Positions 26,225-35,283 of a stretch of DNA of 47,463 nt are shown piece by piece (within the stretch, counting starts at the first letter, position 1; each line of letters starts with the position of its first letter). The stretch comes from Chthoniobacterales bacterium. Its GTDB lineage: Bacteria; Verrucomicrobiota; Verrucomicrobiia; Chthoniobacterales; CAKUMP01. The translations under genes and the position numbers were made by a program. The DNA lies in assembly GCA_041748815.1 (NCBI GenBank), contig JBGTCP010000593.1, forward strand, positions 1 to 47,463, written 5' to 3'. Below the pieces are notes generated by a model, which saw nothing but the letters and a program-made list of their open reading frames with translations, was not told the DNA's origin and searched no databases.

Positions 26225-27504
26225 AAGGCTCAGGTCCATCCATGTCCAACTCAACTCAGGATCTGCTGGCGGGCGATGTGCCGCGCCCATTTGCAGCATC
26301 TATCAAAGAAGAAATTTATTTGTATGTCCTGAATCTGTTGCGGGGAGGAAATTTGGAGATAGGCGATTTGCTGCCGTCCACCCGCGATCTTGCCCGCAAG
26401 TTCGGCAAAAGCATTACGCCTGTGCATCAGGCGATCTCTCGTCTTGAGCAGGAAGGATATGTGAAGCGGATTCATGGCTCCGGGGTGCGGGTGAACGCAC
26501 GGTCGTTTGAAGAAGCGCTGGTGAAAATACGTCCGGCTGTGGATCTGGTCACGACGCTCCGCAGCCTGCCGGCTCCGGAGGAGATGTTTCAAGCGTCCCG
26601 CCATATTTTGCCGGCTGTCCAGCAATGGTTATTCTGGCGTCTCAGCTCGTGCCGGTCGATCCGCCTCACGGTATCCACAGTTGTCCCCGAGGACGATGAA
26701 GAGTTGTTCATCGCTCAACTGAGAGACGCGCTCATCCTTCGTCCCAAAGTGGTGGTCTTTGCCGACCCGGAAAAAATCTCAGATCAGGTCGCTGAATATT
26801 TGCTGCGTTTGCACCATGTGGGGGTGCGCGTCGTCTATCTCGCAACGCGGCGGGACATTACGCAGTTGGACCGCGTGCACTTGGATTTTGCCGATGGCCA
26901 GTATCAGCTGACCCAGCATCTCTTGCGCAACGGACACCGGTGTATTCTTCGTCTTCGCTCCGCCGGGGCAGACTTTTACGAGCAGGCAAAGCAGGATGGC
27001 TTTATCAGAGCATTGAAAGAATACGGATTGGCGGAATCTGTCGCGGATGAGTGGACGGTCGGCCTCGAAAATATAGACGCAGCATCGACAGAACAAATGG
27101 CAGCCTTATTAAAAAGGGTTTCCGCGACTCTGCCATTCACTGCCATTATGGCAAATAATGATCCTACGGTTGCACCTCTGCGCATCGCGACCAGGAAACT
27201 CGGTTTCAAAAAAATTGTGATCACTGGATACGACAATGACTGGGATGATTTGAAACAAAGCATCATCGAGCGGTATGGATCGTTGCTCAAGGACACCACA
27301 GCCCCGGCGTCGGTGGACACCTGCCTTCCGAAGGTCGGTGAGGCCCTGGCGGACTTGGTTCTGGATCGTATTTCCAATGCACTACCCCCCGGTGCGCAGA
27401 CGCGCATCATTCCGCAGATGATGGTCCAACCAGGGGACGATTCTGCCTCCCGCCAAATCGCTCGCCCGATTCCCGTCACAAAGCTCAACCGCAAATCAGC
27501 TTAA
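26221..27504 (+). CDS. AraR-like chimeric regulator: GntR-type winged HTH plus LacI/PBP1-type sugar-binding domain
   Basis: LPSTRDLARKFGKSITPVHQAISRLEQEGYVKRIHGSGVRV is a GntR-type HTH. The C-terminal ~300 aa has the LacI-like ligand-domain pattern (e.g. TAIMANNDPTVAPL). Confidence 0.8.
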   Translation: MKGSGPSMSNSTQDLLAGDVPRPFAASIKEEIYLYVLNLLRGGNLEIGDLLPSTRDLARKFGKSITPVHQAISRLEQEGYVKRIHGSGVRVNARSFEEALVKIRPAVDLVTTLRSLPAPEEMFQASRHILPAVQQWLFWRLSSCRSIRLTVSTVVPEDDEELFIAQLRDALILRPKVVVFADPEKISDQVAEYLLRLHHVGVRVVYLATRRDITQLDRVHLDFADGQYQLTQHLLRNGHRCILRLRSAGADFYEQAKQDGFIRALKEYGLAESVADEWTVGLENIDAASTEQMAALLKRVSATLPFTAIMANNDPTVAPLRIATRKLGFKKIVITGYDNDWDDLKQSIIERYGSLLKDTTAPASVDTCLPKVGEALADLVLDRISNALPPGAQTRIIPQMMVQPGDDSASRQIARPIPVTKLNRKSA

Positions 27505-27519
27505 TCCTATCTCAATCCT

Positions 27520-30500
27520 ATGAAGTTCACCACACTCTTGAAAGTAACACTAGTAACACTTGCGGCCATGCCTTCCGTGTTTGCCAGCCGCAACATCACG
27601 CTCACATTTGATCATACTCCCGCGGAGCAGGGCATTATTTTTGACCGGGCGGGAGTTTCGCCCTCGGCGGTGGAAGTGGACGGACAAAAAATTGAAACCT
27701 GGGTATCCGGTCCTGGCTCAGTGCCTGCGGATGAATGGGCCAGATCCTTTCTGCTGCGTGTGGATGATCCGGCATTCAGGTCCGGGAAAATGCCGATGGT
27801 GGATGTGGAGATTCAGTTCTATCACGATGCGGATACTAAAGTGTCTGTGCTGGCAGATACCAAACGGGGGCCTGTGGAAGTGGCTTCCGGTTGGGGAAAC
27901 CGGCGCGAACTGCAAACTCTGAGCTTCCGTCTCGATGATGCTCTTTTTGGCGATGAAGTTCACGAAGGAGACCCGAAGTCGCTGCCGTTGGGTGACTATG
28001 ACTTGAGGATCAATGCTGCAGCCGGAGATTTTCACCTGCGCTCGGTCGTCATCAGCGGGCAGGACCTTACAGAAGCTCCGGATTTTTATCAGCTCCTGAA
28101 AGTGCGCGAAGCTCAGGCGGCGGGTGGAGCATTTATCGCGAACGAAAATCAACCGGTGGAAGTGCAGTGGACCATTGAGAACCTGGCTCACAAGGAATGC
28201 CCGGCTCACTATCGGGTGCGACTCATTGGCAGCGATGGTCAAACACGCAAAGAGTTTAATGGCAGGGTGGATCTGGCGGCGGCGTCCGTCACTCCTCTGG
28301 ATCTGAAAGTGGTGACGGATGGGTTAGCTGCCGGGCTTTATGATTTGATCCTCACCTTGCACCCGGCTGATGATCGCGCTGCGGCACCGTATGTTTCTGA
28401 TGGACGTCAGTTGATCATCAAAAGTGATTTTGAGATTTTTATCTTGTTTGACGAGGACCCCGTGGAGCACGGCCTTGAGTTCCGACGGTTTCAGAACTCA
28501 CCGGGCACAGCGCCATTCCGAGTCGGGCCGATTGAAATCTGGGAAGCAAGAACTGGTTCCTCGGAAGAGTTTGAGTGGGGCCGTTCATTTTATCTTACGG
28601 TGGCTGAAGACGCATTCCGTGACAGCCGCCAGTCTGCGGTGGACATTGAGATTTTATTTCGTCAGGAATCGAATGCTCCCGTCCGCGTGTTTGCGGATAC
28701 CACCGACGGCCCGAAAGAAATCGGAGGAAGCTGGGGCAACAACCAGGCCATTCAGGGCATGTCATTGAAGTTGAACAATGCTCGATTTGGAGGAGGGTTG
28801 CCGGGGGGATATGACCTGCGCATTGACGGGTTCAATTCCGACCTGGGATTGCGGAGTGTGCGCATCTCAGGATTTGATCTGGAGGACGATATTGATTACC
28901 AGCGGTTGTTAATTCTGGAGGATATCACTGCTTCCAAGCCGATTTTTGCGTTTGAGGCCGGATCGCAGGATGTGTTCGACCTTCAGTTGAAGAATGCAGC
29001 AGCGAAGCCGATGCAATTGAGGGCGTCATTCACGCTCACCGATCCCTTCGGAGAAGAAAAGGAGGCAGGGCAGCAAACCTTCGAAGTGCCGGCGGGTGAG
29101 ACCTCGGTGCAGAATTTTCAATTGGATACCACAGGAATGCTGCTCGGGGTGCACACGCTGGGTATTCAAATCCAGGCGGTCACGCCGGAGGGCGATGTGG
29201 ATGCGATCCAACGTTCTGTGAATTTTGCGGTGCACGAAACCGGGAATCCACCTAAAGCAGCCGATGGCGAATTTTACTTCGGCCTCGATGCCATGCTGGG
29301 GGCGCACTTCGAGAGCCGCGAACTCATGATGTGGTCAGAGTTTATGGGCGCGGATCTTTTCCGCCACGCCGGAGTCACGGTGGATAACATCCATGGAATG
29401 AAAAAGGCTTTGGATATCTATGAGCAATACAAGATGCGCACATCAATGATCATTGACATTCCCTACGCGCCCGATGCGGCTGAACGGAGCGCCGCAGAAG
29501 ACCGGGTCGCGGCTCAAACGAGGGAGTTTGTCACCGCATTCCGGGATGATGTGCAATACTTCGAACTCGGCAACGAGCCGGACCTGACTTATTTTTATCC
29601 CGGCCCCATCGCCAATTATCTTGAGGGTTATCTGAAAGTGCAGGAGGTGATCAAGGAGTTGCATCCCGATTCAATCGTGATGAATGGTGGGCTCTCTTTC
29701 TTTGGTGAGGACGGGTTCAACCGGTCCAGGGAATTTGTGGAGAACGTGCCTTCAGACCGCATTGATGCATTTGCTTACCATGCACACGGGCCAGGCGTGG
29801 AGGCGGAGCGTGAAGCCTATGAAAGGATTCGCAAAATCGCAGCCGGCGTGAACAAAGCCGACAAGCCTTTCATTGACACAGAGTCCGGTGTCTCCGCCCG
29901 CACTCCGAGGCAGGAACGTATCCAGGCGCGAACTGTGATTCAAAAAATGGCATTCGCATGGTCGGTAGGCAGTCCCACTTTCCATTGGTTTCGCTTATAC
30001 ATGACCGGTGGTGAGGCGGGCTACAGTTCGCTACTTACAGGCCGTGAACCGAGGCCCGTGATGTCGGCATACCGGACTGCTGCCTGGAATTTGAAGGGCA
30101 AACGCTTTATCAGAACACTTCAGTTCCCGCGTCCGGGATTTGAGGCATATCTTTTTGCCTCTGAAGACGAAACCGAACGCACCTTGCTGCTGTGGGCCAC
30201 TGAGGAAAGCTCGACCCGGCAGGATATTCAGCTCGGGGCAAATCAGAATGCCGTCCCGCTGACGGTAGTGGATCTTTTCGGCAACCGCTCTGAATTACAC
30301 GCAACTGCCGGAGTCGCAAGTGTTGATGTGAGCGCGGATCCCGTCTTTCTTCATTGGAGCGCTGATGGTCCATTGAGTGAAGTGGCCATTGCCGCAGGGC
30401 TGATCGAGACGCCGCACAGCATCAACATTGTGGCCGGCACTCCGATGGTCTTCCGTGCACAAGTCAACAATCGCAGCAGCCAGCTGCTCAACGGCGAACT

Positions 30501-31722
30501 GACATTGCGGCTGCCATCGCAGGAAAGTCCTCTGAGTCGCCAGGTCTCAGTGCCTGCGAACTCCAGCAGTGAAGTCGCATTTGAGGCCATCCTCGCGGAG
30601 AGCGGGACCGCTGTCGCATGGCCACAGACATGGAACATTTTCACAGGCTTCGAGCAAGAGCAACTGGACCCAGCCAACTTCAATAATCTTCCTGAAAAAG
30701 TATCGGCAGGCGGGAGAGAAATCCGCGCCAGGAGGGCTACGCTTTTCAATCACACCTTGGATCTCAGCACACCCGGCCAGGCAATCAAGGAGGGCAGTCC
30801 CGCTTTGGTGTTTGCTGAAGTGACTAGCCCGGTCGATCAAACGGTATCGCTGGGCGCATCCGCCGACTGGTGGATGGCGTGCTATGTGAATGCCGAGTTG
30901 GTATTCGATACACTCTCTAGCGGGAATGAAGGAGGATATGCCATTGATGACCATGTCTTTGAGGTGAAGCTCAAAAAGGGAAGCAACCTTGTCACATTCC
31001 TCGTTCTCAGTGGAAGCCAGGGCTGGAAGCTCCTCACCGCAGGCCCGGCTGAGTTGGATCGATCCTCCGATGATCAATCGACAGTACTTTGGGAACTCAA
31101 ATCGCGCGGGCAGGTGCTCGCCTCCCAGTCCACCGCTTTGCGGGTCGTGCCTGCTCTTCCGATACTTGAAGGCGACCTTTTCAGTGATTCATTGGCGTGC
31201 TGGACGGATTCACCATTGCCCTATCCGCTGGATGGCGGAGGAATTCATAACCGGTTCGAAGCATTCCCTGACAGCTCAAAATGGTATCGCGGGAGTGAGG
31301 ATCTCTCAGGCTCCGCGTGGGTGGGGCTGCAAGATGGAAACCTGATCATTGTTGCTGCAGTCACAGATGATGTGGATGTCCCTGAAATGGATATGCTGGA
31401 AATAGCACTGGCCACCCCTGGTAGCGGAGCTCCGCTTGTTTTCCAAATCAAGCGTGATGCCAGCGGCGCGACTCAAGTCGTCTCGTCTGAGAGTAGCCCG
31501 GAAAGAGTCCAGGCAGTGGTCAGCCGCGAAAACGACAACATCACCCTCTACCGCGTGGCAGTCTCACTCAGGGATATCAAAGATCAGAACCTGCTTCTGA
31601 ATCTCCGGGTGCATGATAGCGATGCCGATGAAATCAAGCAGACCATGCAGTTGATGCGCGGATGGGAGGGCGACCCGCCGGCTATGGACAACGCTCTTCC
31701 CCTTGTGATTCCTGCAAAGTGA
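27520..31722 (+). CDS. 1400-aa secreted multidomain protein: two copies of the unassigned domain, Ig-like spacers, clan GH-A-like TIM barrel, jelly-roll and CBM9-like C-terminal domains
   Basis: Signal peptide MKFTTLLKVTLVTLAAMPSVFA. Repeats at about 27589-28065 and 28426-28878. YFELGNEPD (acid/base NEP) and FIDTESGV (nucleophile-like) suggest a clan GH-A fold. GASADWWMACYVNAELVF is jelly-roll-like. Confidence 0.8.
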   Translation: MKFTTLLKVTLVTLAAMPSVFASRNITLTFDHTPAEQGIIFDRAGVSPSAVEVDGQKIETWVSGPGSVPADEWARSFLLRVDDPAFRSGKMPMVDVEIQFYHDADTKVSVLADTKRGPVEVASGWGNRRELQTLSFRLDDALFGDEVHEGDPKSLPLGDYDLRINAAAGDFHLRSVVISGQDLTEAPDFYQLLKVREAQAAGGAFIANENQPVEVQWTIENLAHKECPAHYRVRLIGSDGQTRKEFNGRVDLAAASVTPLDLKVVTDGLAAGLYDLILTLHPADDRAAAPYVSDGRQLIIKSDFEIFILFDEDPVEHGLEFRRFQNSPGTAPFRVGPIEIWEARTGSSEEFEWGRSFYLTVAEDAFRDSRQSAVDIEILFRQESNAPVRVFADTTDGPKEIGGSWGNNQAIQGMSLKLNNARFGGGLPGGYDLRIDGFNSDLGLRSVRISGFDLEDDIDYQRLLILEDITASKPIFAFEAGSQDVFDLQLKNAAAKPMQLRASFTLTDPFGEEKEAGQQTFEVPAGETSVQNFQLDTTGMLLGVHTLGIQIQAVTPEGDVDAIQRSVNFAVHETGNPPKAADGEFYFGLDAMLGAHFESRELMMWSEFMGADLFRHAGVTVDNIHGMKKALDIYEQYKMRTSMIIDIPYAPDAAERSAAEDRVAAQTREFVTAFRDDVQYFELGNEPDLTYFYPGPIANYLEGYLKVQEVIKELHPDSIVMNGGLSFFGEDGFNRSREFVENVPSDRIDAFAYHAHGPGVEAEREAYERIRKIAAGVNKADKPFIDTESGVSARTPRQERIQARTVIQKMAFAWSVGSPTFHWFRLYMTGGEAGYSSLLTGREPRPVMSAYRTAAWNLKGKRFIRTLQFPRPGFEAYLFASEDETERTLLLWATEESSTRQDIQLGANQNAVPLTVVDLFGNRSELHATAGVASVDVSADPVFLHWSADGPLSEVAIAAGLIETPHSINIVAGTPMVFRAQVNNRSSQLLNGELTLRLPSQESPLSRQVSVPANSSSEVAFEAILAESGTAVAWPQTWNIFTGFEQEQLDPANFNNLPEKVSAGGREIRARRATLFNHTLDLSTPGQAIKEGSPALVFAEVTSPVDQTVSLGASADWWMACYVNAELVFDTLSSGNEGGYAIDDHVFEVKLKKGSNLVTFLVLSGSQGWKLLTAGPAELDRSSDDQSTVLWELKSRGQVLASQSTALRVVPALPILEGDLFSDSLACWTDSPLPYPLDGGGIHNRFEAFPDSSKWYRGSEDLSGSAWVGLQDGNLIIVAAVTDDVDVPEMDMLEIALATPGSGAPLVFQIKRDASGATQVVSSESSPERVQAVVSRENDNITLYRVAVSLRDIKDQNLLLNLRVHDSDADEIKQTMQLMRGWEGDPPAMDNALPLVIPAK

Positions 31723-31728
31723 TTGGCG

Positions 31729-33732
31729 ATGAAAAGGGAAAATCAGAAACTTCATCCCGTTGATGTCCATTCGCTCGGGTCAAACACTGACAGCATGACC
31801 GATATTATCCAAGGCAACGACGATCTCGCCGCTATGGTCATGCCTCATCGGCACATCATTGCCGAGCTCGTGGTTTGGGAGGTTTGCATCTCCATCAGTG
31901 GAGTGTGGTATGACGCAAGCGAGTCGAAAGTTCACTCAGGTCGCTGGATGATCCAGAACCATCCTGAGTGTTGGCTCGAGATTGCTTCGAGCAAATCGGC
32001 AGATGACGGGCTTTTGGTTCGGGAGTTCAGCATTGTATCAGGCACAGAACGGGAACATCAGGTGCTTCGGTTGGAGACGCTCAGGGTTCGGGCATACTTT
32101 GAAAAATCGAAAGATCCGGACAGCAACCTTGTTGTGAGTGTCCCCATGGCAAGGTTCATCCCCCGGAGGAGATGGGATGAGGTTGTGGCTCGACCAGCAG
32201 AGATCCCTGTGGACAAATCCGACATCGAATTTCAAGACCTTGGCGTTGCCCCGGATTGCGGTTTGGGGCATGTGGTGATCGCAAATCCTGCGCTGCCAAA
32301 GACATTGCAGATCATTCCGTTACCAGAGAAATCGAGTGTGAGTACGGCTGTGTTTGGTGTCAATGGAATGCTGTGCGTTGAACATACCTTTGACACGCCT
32401 TTGCTGATCGAAGCAGGGAGTCATCATACACTGGGAAGATGGCTTCTGAAAAATGACGAACTGGGCTTGGATGAATCTTTAAAGTCAGCGGGAGCATTGA
32501 TTTCGGAGATGGGCGTCTATGCCCCCCCAGCGACTCGCCCTGCCTGGGCTGGCGTCGCGGCGATTCTGGAAGTGGATATTGTCCACTTCGGCGGGCTGGG
32601 TGGAGTCATTCAACAGCTGCCTGAGATCAAGAGCCAGGGTTTCGATGCCGTGTACCTGATGCCATGGCATGTAGGGAAGTGGAGCGGTTATGGCACTGTT
32701 GATTATCATCAAATGGAGCCGGAAAAGGGGCAGATGCAGGATCTGCGACGCCTGACAGATGCGGCGCACGGACAGGGCACAAAGGTTCTTTTCGATTTGC
32801 TGGTCAATTTCACGATTGAGGAGAGCCCTTACGTTAAGGACCATCCTGACTGGTTTTATCCCGGGGAGGATGGACTTCCCGCACGTCACCAGACCTGGCC
32901 GGGGTATTGTCTGGACCCGGCTTCTCCTGGCTTCCGGCGTTTTCTCCTCGATTATTGCGACTGGTGTGTGCGGGAATGTGGGTGCGATGGGTTTCGCGTG
33001 GATGCTGTTGCATATCGCGGAGGCAACTGGAGCCCGCTTCCAGGTTTGCAACCACGGGATCATGCGCATGCCATTTTCACATTGCTTGCGGAAATCCGAG
33101 AATCGATCCGGCGCACTAATCCGGAGGCGATCCTGATGGCTGAATGTTTTGGTCCCGCGCAGTTGCCGGTAAGTGATCTAGTTTGTTTTCAATGGATAGG
33201 ATGGCTCGACTGGTGCCTGAGCCGCGTGGCGGAAGGAAAGCTCACCGGGAGAAACATCCAGCATCTGATCGCAGACCATTTTTCTTCGATGCCGACTGGC
33301 ACATGGCTTACGACTTACACTCACACCCACGATACCGTTGCCTTCGAAGGGCGTGAAATCGATGGCCCTGCGGTGACGGCACTTTTTCACACGCTGGGCC
33401 TGCTCTCTGCGGGTGTGATGGTTTTTGGCGGGGGCTGGGAAATGCGAGTGCGCCCATCGGAGGAGGAAAAGCCGGAATACAGTAAACTTTTCTGCCTCCG
33501 CCATTGGCTCGGCCCCCTCTCCTGCCATGACCTGGTTTTTGATGAGCAAGACCGGCTGGATTGTCTGTTCCATGCACACCGTCAATCGCTGATGGGGCCC
33601 GTCGAAGTGGTTACAAATTTCAGTGCTCAGACAATACCGATGCCATCATCCACAGGAGCCATTATTGGTTCACGTTGTGGCTCCGTGAAAAGTATCCTTC
33701 CTTGGGACACAGTGGTGATCTCCTCTGGCTGA
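31729..33732 (+). CDS. GH13 (alpha-amylase family)-like protein with ~300-aa unassigned N-terminal region
   Basis: GFDAVYLMPWH, CDGFRVDAVAY (region II, nucleophile Asp), LMAECFG (region III Glu) and YTHTHDT (region IV). No signal peptide. ATG at 31729. The ORF-track start at 31723 is a TTG. Confidence 0.75.
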   Translation: MKRENQKLHPVDVHSLGSNTDSMTDIIQGNDDLAAMVMPHRHIIAELVVWEVCISISGVWYDASESKVHSGRWMIQNHPECWLEIASSKSADDGLLVREFSIVSGTEREHQVLRLETLRVRAYFEKSKDPDSNLVVSVPMARFIPRRRWDEVVARPAEIPVDKSDIEFQDLGVAPDCGLGHVVIANPALPKTLQIIPLPEKSSVSTAVFGVNGMLCVEHTFDTPLLIEAGSHHTLGRWLLKNDELGLDESLKSAGALISEMGVYAPPATRPAWAGVAAILEVDIVHFGGLGGVIQQLPEIKSQGFDAVYLMPWHVGKWSGYGTVDYHQMEPEKGQMQDLRRLTDAAHGQGTKVLFDLLVNFTIEESPYVKDHPDWFYPGEDGLPARHQTWPGYCLDPASPGFRRFLLDYCDWCVRECGCDGFRVDAVAYRGGNWSPLPGLQPRDHAHAIFTLLAEIRESIRRTNPEAILMAECFGPAQLPVSDLVCFQWIGWLDWCLSRVAEGKLTGRNIQHLIADHFSSMPTGTWLTTYTHTHDTVAFEGREIDGPAVTALFHTLGLLSAGVMVFGGGWEMRVRPSEEEKPEYSKLFCLRHWLGPLSCHDLVFDEQDRLDCLFHAHRQSLMGPVEVVTNFSAQTIPMPSSTGAIIGSRCGSVKSILPWDTVVISSG

Positions 33733-33895
33733 GTTTTCTCCGACTATATGCCGACAATCAGCACAATAGAGAAGGCCGCGTGCAGGGGCTGTATTTTCAA
33801 TTTTTCCAGGCGCATCATATCATTGATGGTATCGCAATGGCGGCCCCGCACGATGTTTGCTCGATGATGGGTCCGGTGGGGTGAAGACGATGTCT

Positions 33896-34495
33896 TTAAG
33901 ATCCGCGTTGAGGTGCAACGAGCGTTTCGAGAGCGTTTGCGTAATGATCCAGTGCGTCCGCCTGTGGGATTTGTATTAATTCAGAGAGCTTTTGGTGCAT
34001 TTCGAACGCCCTTGCGCAAAACGGCCTGATTGAGTCCTGATTGACAAGAATTCTGACTTTCCTACTTCTCTTCTTTCGCAGCACGCGAAGCGGTTCGCAG
34101 CTGCATGCTGCGATCATTTGCAGGTTCGCCTGGTCCCGGAGATCGCAAAAATAGAACCAGTACGGACATAACGCGACCACCCCCGAGAAGAATGCCCTTA
34201 TTTCCGGCACCTCATAGACTTCCCGCTGGTCACCATCAAATCCCTGGATCGCAAACCGTATATTACACCGAAGTTCACGAATATGGGAATGGTCCTGCTT
34301 GTATTCTAGAAAATTTTTAATGAGTTCAATCCGGTTTTCTGTAATCATTTGGTGGCCTATCACGAAATATACCGGTGGTGGATCGGTCCATGATCCGCGC
34401 TCGACCTGTTTCTGCATCCACTTCTGCTTGCCATATCCGGCTGGCAGATCCCAGATCAAATCACCATCACTGCTATGTGCAATTGTGAACATCAT
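33896..34495 (-). CDS. Hypothetical protein translationally coupled to the sigma-like gene
   Basis: The start at MMFTIAHSS (34495) forms an ATGA overlap with the stop of the upstream gene (34492-34495). No recognisable motifs. Confidence 0.55.
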   Translation of the reverse strand: MMFTIAHSSDGDLIWDLPAGYGKQKWMQKQVERGSWTDPPPVYFVIGHQMITENRIELIKNFLEYKQDHSHIRELRCNIRFAIQGFDGDQREVYEVPEIRAFFSGVVALCPYWFYFCDLRDQANLQMIAACSCEPLRVLRKKRSRKVRILVNQDSIRPFCARAFEMHQKLSELIQIPQADALDHYANALETLVAPQRGS

Positions 34496-35178
34496 TCCCT
34501 CCCCTCCATGGCTTGCACAATCCGGCGAACTACAGGAAGTGCACGGGCCTCGCGCTGGCACGCCGCCTGACGGCTCATGGTCAATTGCTCGCCTGCTTCG
34601 GATTGCGTCAGCCCATCTTCAATTTGCAGACGCAGTATCTCGGCATCGATGCGATCTATCCTATTCTGAGCCAAAGCCTGGAGCAGCGCGGTAAGTGCAA
34701 CTTCCTTCAACCCTTCCGCCTCAGTCAACGACGCATCACTTTTCAGACGTTGTGTGAGTTCATCTTGCAGTTTTCTCTCAGCCATGTTTCGGCGTGCATG
34801 CTCCGAAAGACGCCGTGCCACCGAGAATCGGAGTGCCGAATTGATGGTCAGCAGCAGAGCCCGTTCGACATGCTCTGTAGCTTTACTACGCGTTGCCAGG
34901 GTTAATATTTTGCTTCCAGCAAGGTGGCTTTGATGCAACAGAATCAGTGCATCCTGACACACTTCTTCGAGGAGAGTAGGCGCAATATTCATTGAGCGAA
35001 TGCGTGGTTTCCATTGTGCGATGAATGCGGCTAGCATCTGAAAAAAATCATCTTCGCTTATGGCATCTCCGCTCCCGCTCTGAATTGCGATCCAATGTTG
35101 AGCGAGTTCCTGGAGCGATGGGTTGGCCAGCCAATCTTGGCTGGATGGACTGTTAGTATGTGTTGGTTTCATATTCAC
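34492..35178 (-). CDS. Sigma-70 family (ECF-like) RNA polymerase sigma factor
   Basis: Region-2-like LLEEVCQDALILLHQ and region-4 HTH LRLQIEDGLTQSEAGEQLTMSRQAACQREARAL. 228 aa. Confidence 0.6.
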   Translation of the reverse strand: MNMKPTHTNSPSSQDWLANPSLQELAQHWIAIQSGSGDAISEDDFFQMLAAFIAQWKPRIRSMNIAPTLLEEVCQDALILLHQSHLAGSKILTLATRSKATEHVERALLLTINSALRFSVARRLSEHARRNMAERKLQDELTQRLKSDASLTEAEGLKEVALTALLQALAQNRIDRIDAEILRLQIEDGLTQSEAGEQLTMSRQAACQREARALPVVRRIVQAMEGRE

Positions 35179-35283
35179 AAAACCAGCTCTTCACGTTGAT
35201 CAACAAGCCCGAAAGGGCTTGGGGCCAGACCTTCGAATTAAAAACGACTTAACGCTCCCTGCTCAAATCGCGTCTTTTGTAGT

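Noticed and set aside
26976-27494. 172-aa minus-strand ORF inside the AraR-like regulator gene. A 105-aa ORF (26779-27096) and 132-aa and 176-aa ORFs (30351-31077) inside neighbouring genes are similar cases.
   Set aside because: These are shadow ORFs opposite well-supported coding frames.
27503-27521. 8-bp direct repeat AATCCTAT-CTC-AATCCTAT spanning the regulator stop and the start of the 1400-aa gene.
   Set aside because: It is too short to distinguish from chance, and it overlaps the stop and start codons.
33561-33884. 107-aa plus-strand ORF running from the end of the GH13-like gene into the boundary gap.
   Set aside because: It mostly overlaps the GH13-like coding frame and has no motifs or start context.
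35204-35221. Hairpin CAAGCCC-GAAA-GGGCTTG (7-bp stem, GNRA loop) as a terminator.
   Set aside because: There is no U-tract on either strand, and it lies between divergent starts. It is kept only as a note within the sigma-factor finding.
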